The notes below the pieces were generated by a model. It saw only the letters and a list, made by a program, of their open reading frames with translations, did no database searches and was not told where the DNA came from. Positions 1-10,059 of a stretch of DNA of 59,466 nt are shown here, one piece after another (positions within the stretch are counted from its first letter, which is position 1; every line of letters begins with the position of its first letter). Origin of the DNA: a candidate division WOR-3 bacterium (lineage in GTDB: Bacteria > Hydrothermota > Tepidihabitantia > Tepidihabitantales > Tepidihabitantaceae); assembly GCA_026397595.1 (NCBI GenBank), contig JAPLUO010000197.1, positions 1-59,466 of the forward strand, in the 5' to 3' direction. Made by a program: the position numbers and the translations under genes.

Positions 1-162
1 TGTTCCAAGTAAAGCAACACGCCCCTGGCTCGGTGCCAAAGACGGAGATTGCCGTCCGACCTCGCCCGCGCGAGCAAGGCTCGCAGCATTCGCACCTGTC
101 GGGCAGCTCGATACTGCTTCCTTATCAGCGTAGACACCTCCTGTCAGGAAATCATGGTCCAT
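1..162 (-). CDS. 5' end of an unidentified gene running off the left edge (partial)
   Basis: An ATG at 160-162 (minus) lies 9 nt after a promoter-like -10. The frame stays open to position 1 (MDHDFLTGGVYADKEAV...). A second frame is also open, so start and frame are uncertain. No family recognised. Confidence 0.25.
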   Translation of the reverse strand, partial: MDHDFLTGGVYADKEAVSSCPTGANAASLARAGEVGRQSPSLAPSQGRVALLGT

Positions 163-171
163 ACGGGAGGG

Positions 172-200
172 AATGTAACAGAAGTCGCGCCTATTGTCAA
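172..200 (-). promoter_or_regulatory. sigma70-like promoter (TTGACA-17-TACATT)
   Basis: Read on the minus strand: TTGACA, 17-nt spacer, TACATT. It lies downstream of the stop of the 385..1701 gene. Confidence 0.4.
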
Positions 201-384
201 TAATTATGCCGTTTGATATAGTTCTCGCGGGTGCGGTCAGCGTGACAACAATCAGCCGCTGCAATTCTGCGCTTCTCATTCCAGCATCAGCGCTCCGACA
301 GTACAGTTCACACAACAATGCCAAGCCCCGACCCGTGACCGAGAAGCCGCCAAGCCAGTATCGTGTCACCGACACGCCCGACGA

Positions 385-1701
385 TCAGAAGCGTCCGCCC
401 CTGTGTAACAGCCATAGGTACGCTCCGGCAACGCTGTGACTGCCGTCACGAGGAAAGGCGCTCGTCAAGTACCCGGACCACAAATACAGGTTCAGCGCGA
501 TAACAGCCGACATCAGAACCGTCAGGAGGATGCTGTTTCTCCGCGTCATGCCGTTTCGTGATACCTCCAGACCGGCGACCAACGAAAGCATGGGCAAGGT
601 CTCGATAAACGCCCGATTGCCGAAGGAGTGGTCAAACCACCAGCACCACCATGTCCCATTAGCGACGGCAAAGAGCGCAAATGACCCGACCGCCGCGATT
701 GCCAGACCAAACAGCGCTTTCCGGCGGAACACGGCGCAGCCGGTCAGAAGCAGCAGGGCCGCATACCAAGGGTTGTATACGAACAACCCGTGGCGATGCG
801 AGAAGAGAGTGCCAACGACGCCCTTCAGACCGGCGCTGAAATGCTCGGAGGGGTACGTGCTGAGCCGCCACTGTCCCCACAGCAGATAGAGAGTGACAGG
901 CTGAATCGCCGCGACGCCCAGCGCACCTGCCAGGGCTGTAAGCACTTCGGCAGTTCGCCACCGGCGTTGGCGACCGGCCAGGACGATGAGGAACGGCAGC
1001 AGCAGGATGTTGGTGTTGCGAATCAGGAAGAGAAGGCCGACGAGGACGCCCATCAGCAGACTGAGCAAGTGCGGGACGCGCCGCTCGTTCTTTGGGAGAC
1101 GGCTGATCATGAACAGGAGTGCGTTAATCACTGTCACGCCGCCGGCATGCGACATCCCGGCATCCACAACGTAGTGGATGAGATTTGTCCCCACGAGGGC
1201 GATTGTACAGAAGCCGGCAGCCCAACGTCGGTCGACGCCGAAGTTCGCCAATGCGCGATACAGAAGGTAGAACGACGCAATGCAGTACAATATCAGCGAC
1301 CAGATGACGGATATCTGGTATGGCAGCGAGGCACCGTCTGCAGGCGACCTTGACAGAAGCGCCACGGCATGTCCCAACAGGAGACCGGGCACCTCGATGA
1401 TGGCGATGCCCACCGGGTACTTGTTTGCGACGAGGCCCCGAGGCGTGAGGACCGTTGCATAGCTGGGCATCTGAACGGGTGGATATAGAAGCTGATAGTC
1501 GTTACGGAAGTCGATGTCGTGGTCAAGAAGCACCGACCGCGCCCAGGCGTAGTAGCCGTTGGCGTCGCCGATGATGATGCGCTTGTCTTCCCTGAGCTTC
1601 GTGGCGAACACCGTGACCGCAAGCGAACCGACCAGCGCCAGGGCGAGCACAACCATGTACAGCCGGTCGTATCTGCGTGCAGTAGCAGGAATGTCAGACA
1701 T
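385..1701 (-). CDS. polytopic membrane protein, GT-C-fold (ArnT/PMT-like) glycosyltransferase candidate
   Basis: 438-aa ORF with many hydrophobic helices. It has the loop motif GYYAWARSVLLDHDIDFRNDYQL and NKYPVG..E.PGLL. It is a clear paralog of 19586..20923, with about half the residues identical by eye. Family assignment is an inference. Confidence 0.6.
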   Translation of the reverse strand: MSDIPATARRYDRLYMVVLALALVGSLAVTVFATKLREDKRIIIGDANGYYAWARSVLLDHDIDFRNDYQLLYPPVQMPSYATVLTPRGLVANKYPVGIAIIEVPGLLLGHAVALLSRSPADGASLPYQISVIWSLILYCIASFYLLYRALANFGVDRRWAAGFCTIALVGTNLIHYVVDAGMSHAGGVTVINALLFMISRLPKNERRVPHLLSLLMGVLVGLLFLIRNTNILLLPFLIVLAGRQRRWRTAEVLTALAGALGVAAIQPVTLYLLWGQWRLSTYPSEHFSAGLKGVVGTLFSHRHGLFVYNPWYAALLLLTGCAVFRRKALFGLAIAAVGSFALFAVANGTWWCWWFDHSFGNRAFIETLPMLSLVAGLEVSRNGMTRRNSILLTVLMSAVIALNLYLWSGYLTSAFPRDGSHSVAGAYLWLLHRGGRF

Positions 1702-1912
1702 TGCGTGGCATCCAGTTGTGCCGTGGTTTCACGGGTTGGGCCGCCGCGGGAGGCCACAAGAGAGACCTGCCGTAATAGGTCGACTCGACCTTACGTTGTC
1801 GGAATCGCAGTTGCACAACCAGCATTGCTAGCCACGGATTGTGGTCTTCCGGGATTCCGGGGGACACACTACCTCACCTCCGTCACGGCCGAGGGAGCGG
1901 ATTCCATGCGTC

Positions 1913-1941
1913 ATTATGGAGAATCTGGCCGGGCTTGTCAA
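1913..1941 (-). promoter_or_regulatory. sigma70-like promoter (TTGACA-17-CATAAT)
   Basis: On the minus strand: TTGACA (1941-1936), 17-nt spacer, CATAAT (1918-1913). It lies about 210 nt upstream of the start at 1701. Confidence 0.5.
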
Positions 1942-2026
1942 ATGCGCGGGGATGCTCGCTCACGGTTTGCGGTCTACGTTCGGTCACGGCTCGCGGGCCG
2001 GCCGCACCGTCGAGCAAGCGGCGCAG

Positions 2027-3316
2027 TTAGCCGGTGGTCTGAATCGTACGTCGCCGCGCGCCGGCGAGGTTGCCAATGAATAGTGCGACGACGGCAATCA
2101 GCAGCAGGTCGTAGGGCAGTCGGAAGCGGACGCGCGTGAACCAGACCGCATAGGCGAAGGCGTTGGACACATACAGAATAGTGAGCAGGACTTCCAGCCG
2201 GGAAAGACGCATCCGACCGGCGAGCAGCAGGCGAGCGATGAAGAGCAAGAGCAGCGGAGCGTATGTCACCAGCATCAGGAGGTCTCGGGCGCGGGACGAC
2301 TCGGATTTCTGCGCCAGGTCGTTCCGGTAGTTGAACCAGTTAAGTACCTTAAGAGCATAGAGCCGGATTGCCCGTCCTTTGTTGTGCCGGATGAAGTCGA
2401 TGGCCTGCCTTTGGTAGTACGCATCGAGCTCTACCTCGTTCAGCCCCGAGTCCTTGGGCACGTAGGCTGAGATGTCCGTGCTCGCGCCTGAATTCCAACC
2501 GGCCTTCTCAGAGTTCCCATAGAGCAGCGTGATACCGCCACCCGTGGTGAGGATTGGTGCACCAAGCACGCGTTGGTTGCGCACCAGCCAAAGCCCTACT
2601 ATCAGTGCCACTACTGCCGCCATTATCGCGACAGAGCCGACGCGCGCGCCCAAGTGCCACTCGCGCCGTGCGACAAGTAGCCAGACCGCGACGACCGTGA
2701 GTGAGAACAGGAAGTGAACCACCGAGGTGGCAAGCCACGCGCAAAGAACTCCAAGAAGCAGGCCCGAGGTGAACCAGCCGGGTCTGCGGGTCGCAAGCAC
2801 CGTTACCACAAGGACGAGGAGCAGGCCGGCCAAAGTCTGCGGATAGAGGGTCCCGGCAGTGTAGAACAGGACCACGTACCCGGCGCACATGACGGGTGCG
2901 GCGACAGCACCGATCCAGTTGCTGCGCCTGCGCACGAGCCGATACAGGAGGAGCATGCTCGCCGCCAGCATAACGAAGTTCAGGATTCTCAGTACCACAA
3001 CGTTGGCACCCAACGCGATGAAGACGGCGAGAAAGAGCGGATACCCCGGCGGGCGGAATGCCGTCGGAGTCACCCCGTCTAGGGAGTACCCGTGCCCGTG
3101 GACCAGGTTCTGTGCGATGGCGTAGTAGTCCTTCTCGTCGACGAATCGCAGCGTGTTGCCGAGTTTGACAGAGTAAGCGGCACCGGCGAGGACGATCAGC
3201 CCGGACAAGGCAAGCGCGACTACGACAGTCCATTTCGGCACGTCACAGCGTAGCCGGAGCAGCGGCAATGTCAATTGCCGCACTCGAACGAAGGCCGACC
3301 CTTGAGATTGGCGCAC
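2027..3316 (-). CDS. ArnT/GT39-GT83-like membrane glycosyltransferase
   Basis: 429-aa polytopic ORF. The motif DEKDYYAIAQNLVHGHGYS...FRPPGYPLFLA is typical of polyprenyl-phosphate-sugar dependent GT-C transferases. Confidence 0.65.
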   Translation of the reverse strand: MRQSQGSAFVRVRQLTLPLLRLRCDVPKWTVVVALALSGLIVLAGAAYSVKLGNTLRFVDEKDYYAIAQNLVHGHGYSLDGVTPTAFRPPGYPLFLAVFIALGANVVVLRILNFVMLAASMLLLYRLVRRRSNWIGAVAAPVMCAGYVVLFYTAGTLYPQTLAGLLLVLVVTVLATRRPGWFTSGLLLGVLCAWLATSVVHFLFSLTVVAVWLLVARREWHLGARVGSVAIMAAVVALIVGLWLVRNQRVLGAPILTTGGGITLLYGNSEKAGWNSGASTDISAYVPKDSGLNEVELDAYYQRQAIDFIRHNKGRAIRLYALKVLNWFNYRNDLAQKSESSRARDLLMLVTYAPLLLLFIARLLLAGRMRLSRLEVLLTILYVSNAFAYAVWFTRVRFRLPYDLLLIAVVALFIGNLAGARRRTIQTTG

Positions 3317-3450
3317 GGTCCATATTGTGGCGAATCGCGAGTGGAACTGTATCTGGCCGTCGGCCCTTTGTGGGCTGTAGGACCGCGTGTCTTAATACAG
3401 CCACGCGGGCGGCTCGTGCATCAGGCATCGCGCTGGAGCGGTGGCGGTGC

Positions 3451-3478
3451 TTGACCCAACGGGGTGCAGGGATATACT
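3451..3478 (+). promoter_or_regulatory. sigma70-like promoter (TTGACC-16-TATACT), leaderless relative to ATG 3486
   Basis: TTGACC at 3451-3456, TATACT at 3473-3478, and an ATG 7 nt downstream. Confidence 0.5.
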
Positions 3479-3485
3479 CAGGCCG

Positions 3486-3674
3486 ATGAAAGGCGTGGTC
3501 TTGGCCGGTGGCTTGTGCACGAGGCTGCTGCCGCTCACAAAGCTAACCAACAAGCATTTGTTGCCGCTCTATGACCGGCCGAAGGGCTGGCGGCATGATG
3601 CGGGGTCCTCGTTTGAGGCCTACGCCCGTGCCGACGCGCTGGCACGGGGATTGAGACTTCGGTCGGGTTCGTGA
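3486..3674 (+). pseudogene. remnant of a glucose-1-phosphate thymidylyl/nucleotidyl-transferase (RmlA-like N-terminus only)
   Basis: MKGVVLAGGLCTRLLPLTKLTNKHLLPLYDRP matches the RmlA-type N-terminus (GGxGTRL is degenerate here: GGLCTRL). Similarity is lost after about 32 codons. The ORF ends in a TGA that overlaps the polA GTG (GTGA). Confidence 0.6.
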
Positions 3675-6145
3675 AGCGTCTGCTGCTGATAGACGGCCAT
3701 TCGGTCATCTACCGGAGCTTCTTCGCGTTCATCCGCGCCCCGCTCCGGAACTCCAAGGGATTCAACACGTCCGCGGTCTTCGGATTTGCCCAGACTCTGA
3801 AGCGACTGCTCAAGAACCTGAAGCCGGATTACTGCGCCGTCGTTTATGACGCGCCGGGACGGACGTTTCGGGATGAGAAATTCAGCGAGTACAAGATGCA
3901 GCGGCCGCCCGCGCCTGAGGAACTGCCACCTCAGATGCCGGTTGTGAAGGAGATGGTGCGGGCCTGGGGGATTGTCGCTTTCGAGGTCGCGGGCGTGGAG
4001 GCGGATGACGTGCTTGGGACTTTGGCGCGGAGGTTCGAACACCGGGGTGTGGAAGTGACCATTGCGACTTCGGACAAGGACATGCTCCAGCTTGTCCGCA
4101 GCGGCGTGAGCGTATACGACCCGTGGAAGGAGAAACGGTTCGGCCCGGAGGACGTGAAGGAGAAGCTGGGCGTGGGCCCGGAACTGGTGCCGGACCTGCT
4201 GGCTTTGAGCGGTGATGACATTGACAACATACCGGGCGTGCCCGGGGTCGGGCCCAAACGGGCAAAGGAGATACTCGAGCGCTGGGGTTCGTTCGAGGCG
4301 GCGATGGCGCAGGATGAGCGTGTACGTGGTCACGTCGAGATTGCGCGGTTGAGCCGGGAGCTGGCGCAGATAAAGACTGACGTCGACGTGCCGGCCGAGC
4401 TTGATAGCCTGAGGCCCGGTGTGCCGGACGCGGCCGCGCTGCAGGCCATCTTCACTGAGATGGAATTCCGCGGGCTGGCGGCAGAGGTCGCCCCGGCGGC
4501 GGAAGTGAACGCGGAGGTTCAAGAGTTCGGGGGACTGAATGGCCTGAAGAACGCGGGAAGGTTTGGGGTGTGCCTGGAGCCGGGACGGGGCCTTTGGGTG
4601 AGTTCAGGGCCGGGCATGGTCGCGCTGGTGCGGGATTCGGACACGCAGAGGACGCTGCTGTCGGATTCGAGCCTGCTCAAGGTCGGGTTCGACTTGAAGG
4701 AGCAGGTGAGATCAGCGCACCTCCGTGGGCTGGACGTGCGCGGGCCTTTCTTTGACGTCGGGGTCGCAGCATGGCTTTCCGACCCCAACCGCCACACTTT
4801 CACGCCCGAGGAGGTGACCATGCAGGTGCTCGGCAGCCGTGTGCCGCCGCTGTCGAGCGGGGCGCGGGCGGCCCACGCGCTGACAATGTTCGGCGCGCTC
4901 GAGCCGCAACTGCTGGCCATGGGGCTGGGCAAGGTCGAAACCGAGCTCGAGATGCCGCTCGTCCCAGTCCTGGCAGCGATGGAAGAGCGGGGCATCAAGG
5001 TGGACCTCGCCGGTCTGAGCCGGCTTGAGACGCAGTTGGTGCAGAACCTGAAGGCGATTGAGCGGCAGGTGTATCAACTGGCCGGGCACGAGTTCAATAT
5101 CGGGTCGCCCAAGCAGCTTGGCGTGGTGCTGTTCGAGGAGTTGAAGCTGGCGCGGGGGAAGCGAACCAAGACAGGGTATTCGACCAGCGTGGACGTGCTG
5201 AACGAGCTCGCGCCAAAGAGCGAGGTTGTGCGCGAAGTGCTGAAGTACCGCGAGTTGACCAAGCTCTGCAACACGTACCTGGAGCCGCTGCGCCTGGCCG
5301 CCCGTGAGAACACGCACCGGGTCCACGCGGCCTTCAACCAGACCGGGACCGCGACCGGCAGGCTCTCATCGTCCGACCCGAACCTTCAGAATATCCCGAT
5401 TCGCACCGAGCTGGGCAAGCGGATACGGAGCGCATTTGTCGCCGAGCCCGGGAATGTGCTGGTCTCCGCCGACTACTCGCAGATTGAGATGCGGGTGCTG
5501 GCCCATTTGTCCGGCGACGAGCACTTGGCAGAGGCGTTTAAACGGGGTGAGGATATCCACGCTTCGACCGCGGCGGCGATCCTGCGCAAGGATGTCGCGG
5601 ACGTGAAGCCGGAAGACCGTCGCCTGGCCAAGGTTGTGAACTACGGATTGGTCTACGGTATGGGCGACCACGGACTGTCTTCGCGGGCCGAGATTCCGAT
5701 TGAACAGGCGCGGGCGTTCCTTGACGAGTACATGGCGAGGTTCGCGGGCGTGGCGCGGTGGCGTGAACAGACTATCGAGCAGGCGAAACAGAGCGGGTAC
5801 GTGCGGACAATCTCCGGCCGAATTCGGCCGACACCCGGTATCGCTGACTTGAACCGGGCCGTGGCCGAGGCGACCAAGCGCTATGCCATCAACGCCCCGG
5901 TGCAGGGCTCGGCCGCGGACATTATCAAGAGCGCGATGCTCCGGCTTGAGGAACGGCTGAGCGGCGGCGGATTCGGAATCGGTATGATTCTGCAGGTGCA
6001 CGATGAGCTGGTTTTCGAGGTCCCGGAAGCGAAGCTGGAGGAGGCACGCGAGATGATTCGAACCGAGATGGAGAATGCCTGGAACCTGACCGTGCCCCTG
6101 GTGGTCGAGACCGGCGCGGGCCGGACCTGGGGAGAAGCGCACTAG
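3671..6145 (+). CDS. polA: DNA polymerase I
   Basis: 824 aa. It has the 5'-3' exonuclease N-terminus (LLLIDGHSVIYRSFFA) and family-A motifs DYSQIEMRVLAH, RRLAKVVNYGLVYGM and QVHDELVFEV. The size is Taq-like. Confidence 0.95.
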   Translation: MKRLLLIDGHSVIYRSFFAFIRAPLRNSKGFNTSAVFGFAQTLKRLLKNLKPDYCAVVYDAPGRTFRDEKFSEYKMQRPPAPEELPPQMPVVKEMVRAWGIVAFEVAGVEADDVLGTLARRFEHRGVEVTIATSDKDMLQLVRSGVSVYDPWKEKRFGPEDVKEKLGVGPELVPDLLALSGDDIDNIPGVPGVGPKRAKEILERWGSFEAAMAQDERVRGHVEIARLSRELAQIKTDVDVPAELDSLRPGVPDAAALQAIFTEMEFRGLAAEVAPAAEVNAEVQEFGGLNGLKNAGRFGVCLEPGRGLWVSSGPGMVALVRDSDTQRTLLSDSSLLKVGFDLKEQVRSAHLRGLDVRGPFFDVGVAAWLSDPNRHTFTPEEVTMQVLGSRVPPLSSGARAAHALTMFGALEPQLLAMGLGKVETELEMPLVPVLAAMEERGIKVDLAGLSRLETQLVQNLKAIERQVYQLAGHEFNIGSPKQLGVVLFEELKLARGKRTKTGYSTSVDVLNELAPKSEVVREVLKYRELTKLCNTYLEPLRLAARENTHRVHAAFNQTGTATGRLSSSDPNLQNIPIRTELGKRIRSAFVAEPGNVLVSADYSQIEMRVLAHLSGDEHLAEAFKRGEDIHASTAAAILRKDVADVKPEDRRLAKVVNYGLVYGMGDHGLSSRAEIPIEQARAFLDEYMARFAGVARWREQTIEQAKQSGYVRTISGRIRPTPGIADLNRAVAEATKRYAINAPVQGSAADIIKSAMLRLEERLSGGGFGIGMILQVHDELVFEVPEAKLEEAREMIRTEMENAWNLTVPLVVETGAGRTWGEAH

Positions 6146-6146
6146 G

Positions 6147-7352
6147 ATGAAGGGGAGAAGGAGAAACGGCCAAGTGGGAGTCAGGCTAGCGATTAAGCAG
6201 CGAGTGATGTTCTGTTTTGGGACAAGGCCTGAGGCAATCAAGCTGGCACCGGTGATCCGCGAGTTGGCACGGCATCCGATGGAGTTCCACCCGCTTGTGC
6301 TGGTAACCGCACAGCACCGGCAGATGCTGGACCAGGTTCTTCGCGTGTTCGACATCAGGCCGGACTACGACCTTGACGTGATGCGACCCGGGCAGTCGCT
6401 GAGCGACGTGACCGTAGGCGTACTGCGCGGGGTCGAGCGGGTGCTGCGGCAGGTCGGGCCCGACATGGTCATGGTGCAGGGCGACACCACAAGCGCGCTG
6501 GCAGCGGCGCTGGCTGCGTTCTATGAGCGGATCCCCGTGGGACACGTCGAGGCCGGGCTCAGGACGGGCGACAAGTACTCGCCGTACCCGGAGGAGATGA
6601 ACCGGCGGCTCGTTAGCAGTCTCGCTGATATGCACTTCGCGCCAACGCGGACGGCAAGGGATAACCTTCTGAGGGAGGGCGTACCTCGGGGTCGGATTCG
6701 CGTGACCGGCAACACGGTTGTGGACGCGTTGAGGGCAATCCGCGCCAGCAAGGCGAAGTGGCGCGTGCCCGTACTGGACCGGATTGCGCCGGGACAGCGT
6801 GTGGTTCTAGTGACTGCCCACCGGCGAGAGAGTTTCGGGCCGGGGTTCGACCGAATATGTCGGGCCCTGCAGAGGATTGTTGAGCGAAGTCCCGATGTCG
6901 AGGTCGTGTACCCGGTTCACCTCAACCCGAACGTGCGAAGGCCGGCACGGGCCATCTTGGGTAGAAATCCAAGGGTGCACTTGGTTGAGCCGATGGAGTA
7001 TCTGCCGTTCGTCCGGCTGATGGAGCGCGCTTATCTGATACTGACCGATTCGGGCGGAATCCAGGAGGAGGCGTCCGCGCTGGGCAAACCGGTGCTTGTG
7101 ATGCGGGACGTGACGGAGAGGCCCGAGGCGGTTGCGGCCGGAACCGCAAGACTCGTCGGCACCGACGCCGAAGTGATTGTTTCCGCGACCGAGCGGCTGC
7201 TTCGTTCGACTGCTGCCTATCGGAGGATGGCGCGAGCCCGCAATCCGTTTGGTGACGGCCGCGCATCGACCCGGATTGCAGCGGCACTTCGACGGTTCTC
7301 CGTGCCGAAGGCAATTGACTTTGGCCGTCGATTTCCTAGACTTCCAGCGTGA
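6147..7352 (+). CDS. wecB: UDP-N-acetylglucosamine 2-epimerase
   Basis: Motifs FGTRPEAIKLAPV, HVEAGLRTGD and DSGGIQEEA. The exact start is uncertain because the ORF has a roughly 20-aa basic N-extension. Confidence 0.9.
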   Translation: MKGRRRNGQVGVRLAIKQRVMFCFGTRPEAIKLAPVIRELARHPMEFHPLVLVTAQHRQMLDQVLRVFDIRPDYDLDVMRPGQSLSDVTVGVLRGVERVLRQVGPDMVMVQGDTTSALAAALAAFYERIPVGHVEAGLRTGDKYSPYPEEMNRRLVSSLADMHFAPTRTARDNLLREGVPRGRIRVTGNTVVDALRAIRASKAKWRVPVLDRIAPGQRVVLVTAHRRESFGPGFDRICRALQRIVERSPDVEVVYPVHLNPNVRRPARAILGRNPRVHLVEPMEYLPFVRLMERAYLILTDSGGIQEEASALGKPVLVMRDVTERPEAVAAGTARLVGTDAEVIVSATERLLRSTAAYRRMARARNPFGDGRASTRIAAALRRFSVPKAIDFGRRFPRLPA

Positions 7353-8569
7353 ATAGACTAGTCAAGTATCTCAGCGTCATCATCAAGTGGCACCGCCTCA
7401 TTTTCTGGAATACGTTAGTATTCACGGCCCTCGCGGTTGTCGTAAGCTTCATCTTGTCTCCGCGTTACACAGCTACTGCCCAACTCCTGCCACCAAGTGA
7501 CGATGGCGACATTTTTGGCATCACGAGTCTCTTGGGTGGAGGCGCAAGTAGCGGTCTGAGCAAACTCAAGGCGGGGCTCACGGGGTCGTCGACCGGTTCG
7601 GACCTTACTATCGGGATTCTGAATAGCAGAACTGTGATGCAGCATGTCGCCGAGAGATGCAGCATTGCCAGCCACTACAGAATACGGAAACCCACGCCGG
7701 AGAAGCTGGTGCGACAACTTGGTGACATGGCGAAGTTCGCTGCCTCCGATGAGGGGATCGTGAAGATAACCGTTGAGGCTAATTCGCGACTGCTTGCCGC
7801 TCAGTTGGCCAATGCATTCGTGGCCGAACTCGACAGCTTCCTTAGATACTCCAACATCAGTCGCGGCCACAACATGCGTGTTTTCATCGAGAAGCGTCTC
7901 GGCCAGCTTGATACCAGTTTGGCCGTAGCGAGCGAGTCATTGAAGGCGTTCCAAGAAGTCAACAAGGTGGCCTCAGTGGACGACGAAACCAAGGCTTCAA
8001 TAGATGCCTATGCAAAGATGCAGTCGGAGTTGAGCGTCAAGGAGGCAGAGTACGAGGCTGCTCGATCTGGTGCAAGCGATGAGAATCCCTATGTCGACAA
8101 CCTTCGGCGCGAGATTGAGGCCTCCCGCGACGAGTTGCGAAAGTTGGAGCAGGGCGGCGGAGCGGACGGGTTTGGAGTGGGTTACGGAGTCTCGTTCGCG
8201 CGTCTGCCCGGAGTAGCAGCCCAGTTCGCGCGGCGCTACCAGGACTTCAAAATCCAGGAGGAATCCTACGCGACGCTCTACCAGCAGTACGAATACGCGC
8301 GAGTGCTCGAGGCCCGCGATGCCCCAGCATTGACGGTTCTGGACTATGCCGTGCCACCTGAACGGCGCAGCTTCCCGCGTCGGACCGTAATTGTCGGCGC
8401 GGTGCTGCTCTTCAGCCTGATCGCCGGAATCGGGTTCGCGTTCGTCGCTGAGTACTTTGCCGTGATCAAGACCACACGTCCAGAGGAGTACCAAGGCTGG
8501 CGAGGTGTCGCTGACGAGTTGGTAAGTCTGGTCCGCGGCGGTCGGTTAGCATCTGCTCGAAAGCGCTAA
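7349..8569 (+). CDS. Wzz/GumC-type polysaccharide co-polymerase (chain-length determinant), no kinase domain
   Basis: An N-terminal TM followed by LLPPSDD, a long helical periplasmic region and a C-terminal TM (VGAVLLFSLIAGIGFAFV). There is a 4-nt overlap with wecB. Confidence 0.7.
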   Translation: MNRLVKYLSVIIKWHRLIFWNTLVFTALAVVVSFILSPRYTATAQLLPPSDDGDIFGITSLLGGGASSGLSKLKAGLTGSSTGSDLTIGILNSRTVMQHVAERCSIASHYRIRKPTPEKLVRQLGDMAKFAASDEGIVKITVEANSRLLAAQLANAFVAELDSFLRYSNISRGHNMRVFIEKRLGQLDTSLAVASESLKAFQEVNKVASVDDETKASIDAYAKMQSELSVKEAEYEAARSGASDENPYVDNLRREIEASRDELRKLEQGGGADGFGVGYGVSFARLPGVAAQFARRYQDFKIQEESYATLYQQYEYARVLEARDAPALTVLDYAVPPERRSFPRRTVIVGAVLLFSLIAGIGFAFVAEYFAVIKTTRPEEYQGWRGVADELVSLVRGGRLASARKR

Positions 8570-8577
8570 CGGCCCGG

Positions 8578-10059
8578 ATGAACCCGGAGGCCCGGTCCAG
8601 CCGTGAAAATCCGCGGTCGGACACGAGGCGCGTTGCCACGAACACTGCGTATCTGGCACTTGCCGACGTGGCCGGCAAGGTCATGGTTTTTCTCTTCTAC
8701 GTGCTGGCGGCACGCCACCTGGGAGTGGAGAAATACGGCGTCTTGTCTTTCGCCCTGGCTTTCACGACGATGCTAGGGGTGTTGACCGACTTGGGACTCG
8801 GAGTCATAACTACCCGAGAAATAGCGCGGGACCCAGGGCGCGGGCGACCGCAGGTCAATGATGCCTTGACGATCAGGCTCATAGCTTCGGCTATCATCAT
8901 CGCCGTCGTGGCCGTGCTGGTCAATGTGCTCGGATATCCGGGGACAACGGTTCGAGTAGTCTACGTCTGCAGCGTCTGCATCCTCACCAACGCTGTAATC
9001 ACCTTATTTTGCGCCGTCTTTCAAGGCCACGAGCGAATGGAACTGCTGGCTCTGAACAGGATAGCGCAGACAGCAGTGCTGATTATCGGTGCCTTTCTGC
9101 TGCTACGTGGACCGGCGGTGACGGAGCGGTACGCGTTCCTATATGTTGTGGCAGGTGTGGTCTCGGTTGTGCTTGCCGGCATCAACGCAGTGCCCCTCCT
9201 GGGCCGACCGAAGCTCAGCTTCGCTTTTGGTCAATGGGGAAGTCTGCTTCGGCAGTCGATCCCCGTCGGTCTGGCTACGATATTTACGATGTTCTACTAC
9301 TGGATCAGTAGTACCCTTCTGTCCAAGATGGCGGGTGACGCTGCAGTGGGCAGCTATAGTGCCGCCTTCAGAGTGGCAAATGGCCTGGCTTTTATGGGGT
9401 TCGCTTTCTCGGGGGCGGTTTATCCACTATACTCGCGTTTGGTCGCTGGCAGTTCCGAACGCCTAGCTCGCGCACTCGAGCTGTCAATTAAATACATGGC
9501 CATACTCGCGCTGCCGGTCGCCGCGTTCGGCGCCGTGTTCGGGATGCAGGTTGTGCTACTAGTCTACGGCCGCGAATACGCTGGCGCGGCGCCGGTTCTT
9601 CGTCTGCTCGTATGGTGGGCGGCTTTCGCTTCACTGAATTCGCTACTAAGCAACTACCTCATCGCGGAGGGTCAGTCGGGTAGGGTTACGGCACAGACCG
9701 GTGTCTCTCTTCTGCTTAACATAGGCCTCAATCTCGTGTTGATACCGGTCTATGGGGCAGCGGGGGCGGCTATTGCGATTGTCGCTTCAGAGGGAGTTGG
9801 CTTAGTTTACCTAGCCGTGTCGCATTCGCGGGTGCAACATCACGCTCAGGGCCTGTTGGTTTTCGGTGGGGTGCTGCGCGTGTCTGTGGCGCTCGCAGGC
9901 GCATTGCTGGCGGCGGCTGGAGTCGCCAGATGGAACTGGGTAGCCGGCCTCGCGGCAGGGCTCACGGTCTATTTCGTGCTTCTCGTGGCCACTCGAGCGC
10001 TCGGCGGCCGGGACGTGAAGATGCTGCGCTCTTTGCTGGGCGGCGGTGACCCCAGATGA
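8578..10059 (+). CDS. polysaccharide flippase (Wzx/MOP superfamily)
   Basis: 493-aa protein with many TM helices. Its composition and position are typical of Wzx-type transporters. Confidence 0.7.
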   Translation: MNPEARSSRENPRSDTRRVATNTAYLALADVAGKVMVFLFYVLAARHLGVEKYGVLSFALAFTTMLGVLTDLGLGVITTREIARDPGRGRPQVNDALTIRLIASAIIIAVVAVLVNVLGYPGTTVRVVYVCSVCILTNAVITLFCAVFQGHERMELLALNRIAQTAVLIIGAFLLLRGPAVTERYAFLYVVAGVVSVVLAGINAVPLLGRPKLSFAFGQWGSLLRQSIPVGLATIFTMFYYWISSTLLSKMAGDAAVGSYSAAFRVANGLAFMGFAFSGAVYPLYSRLVAGSSERLARALELSIKYMAILALPVAAFGAVFGMQVVLLVYGREYAGAAPVLRLLVWWAAFASLNSLLSNYLIAEGQSGRVTAQTGVSLLLNIGLNLVLIPVYGAAGAAIAIVASEGVGLVYLAVSHSRVQHHAQGLLVFGGVLRVSVALAGALLAAAGVARWNWVAGLAAGLTVYFVLLVATRALGGRDVKMLRSLLGGGDPR

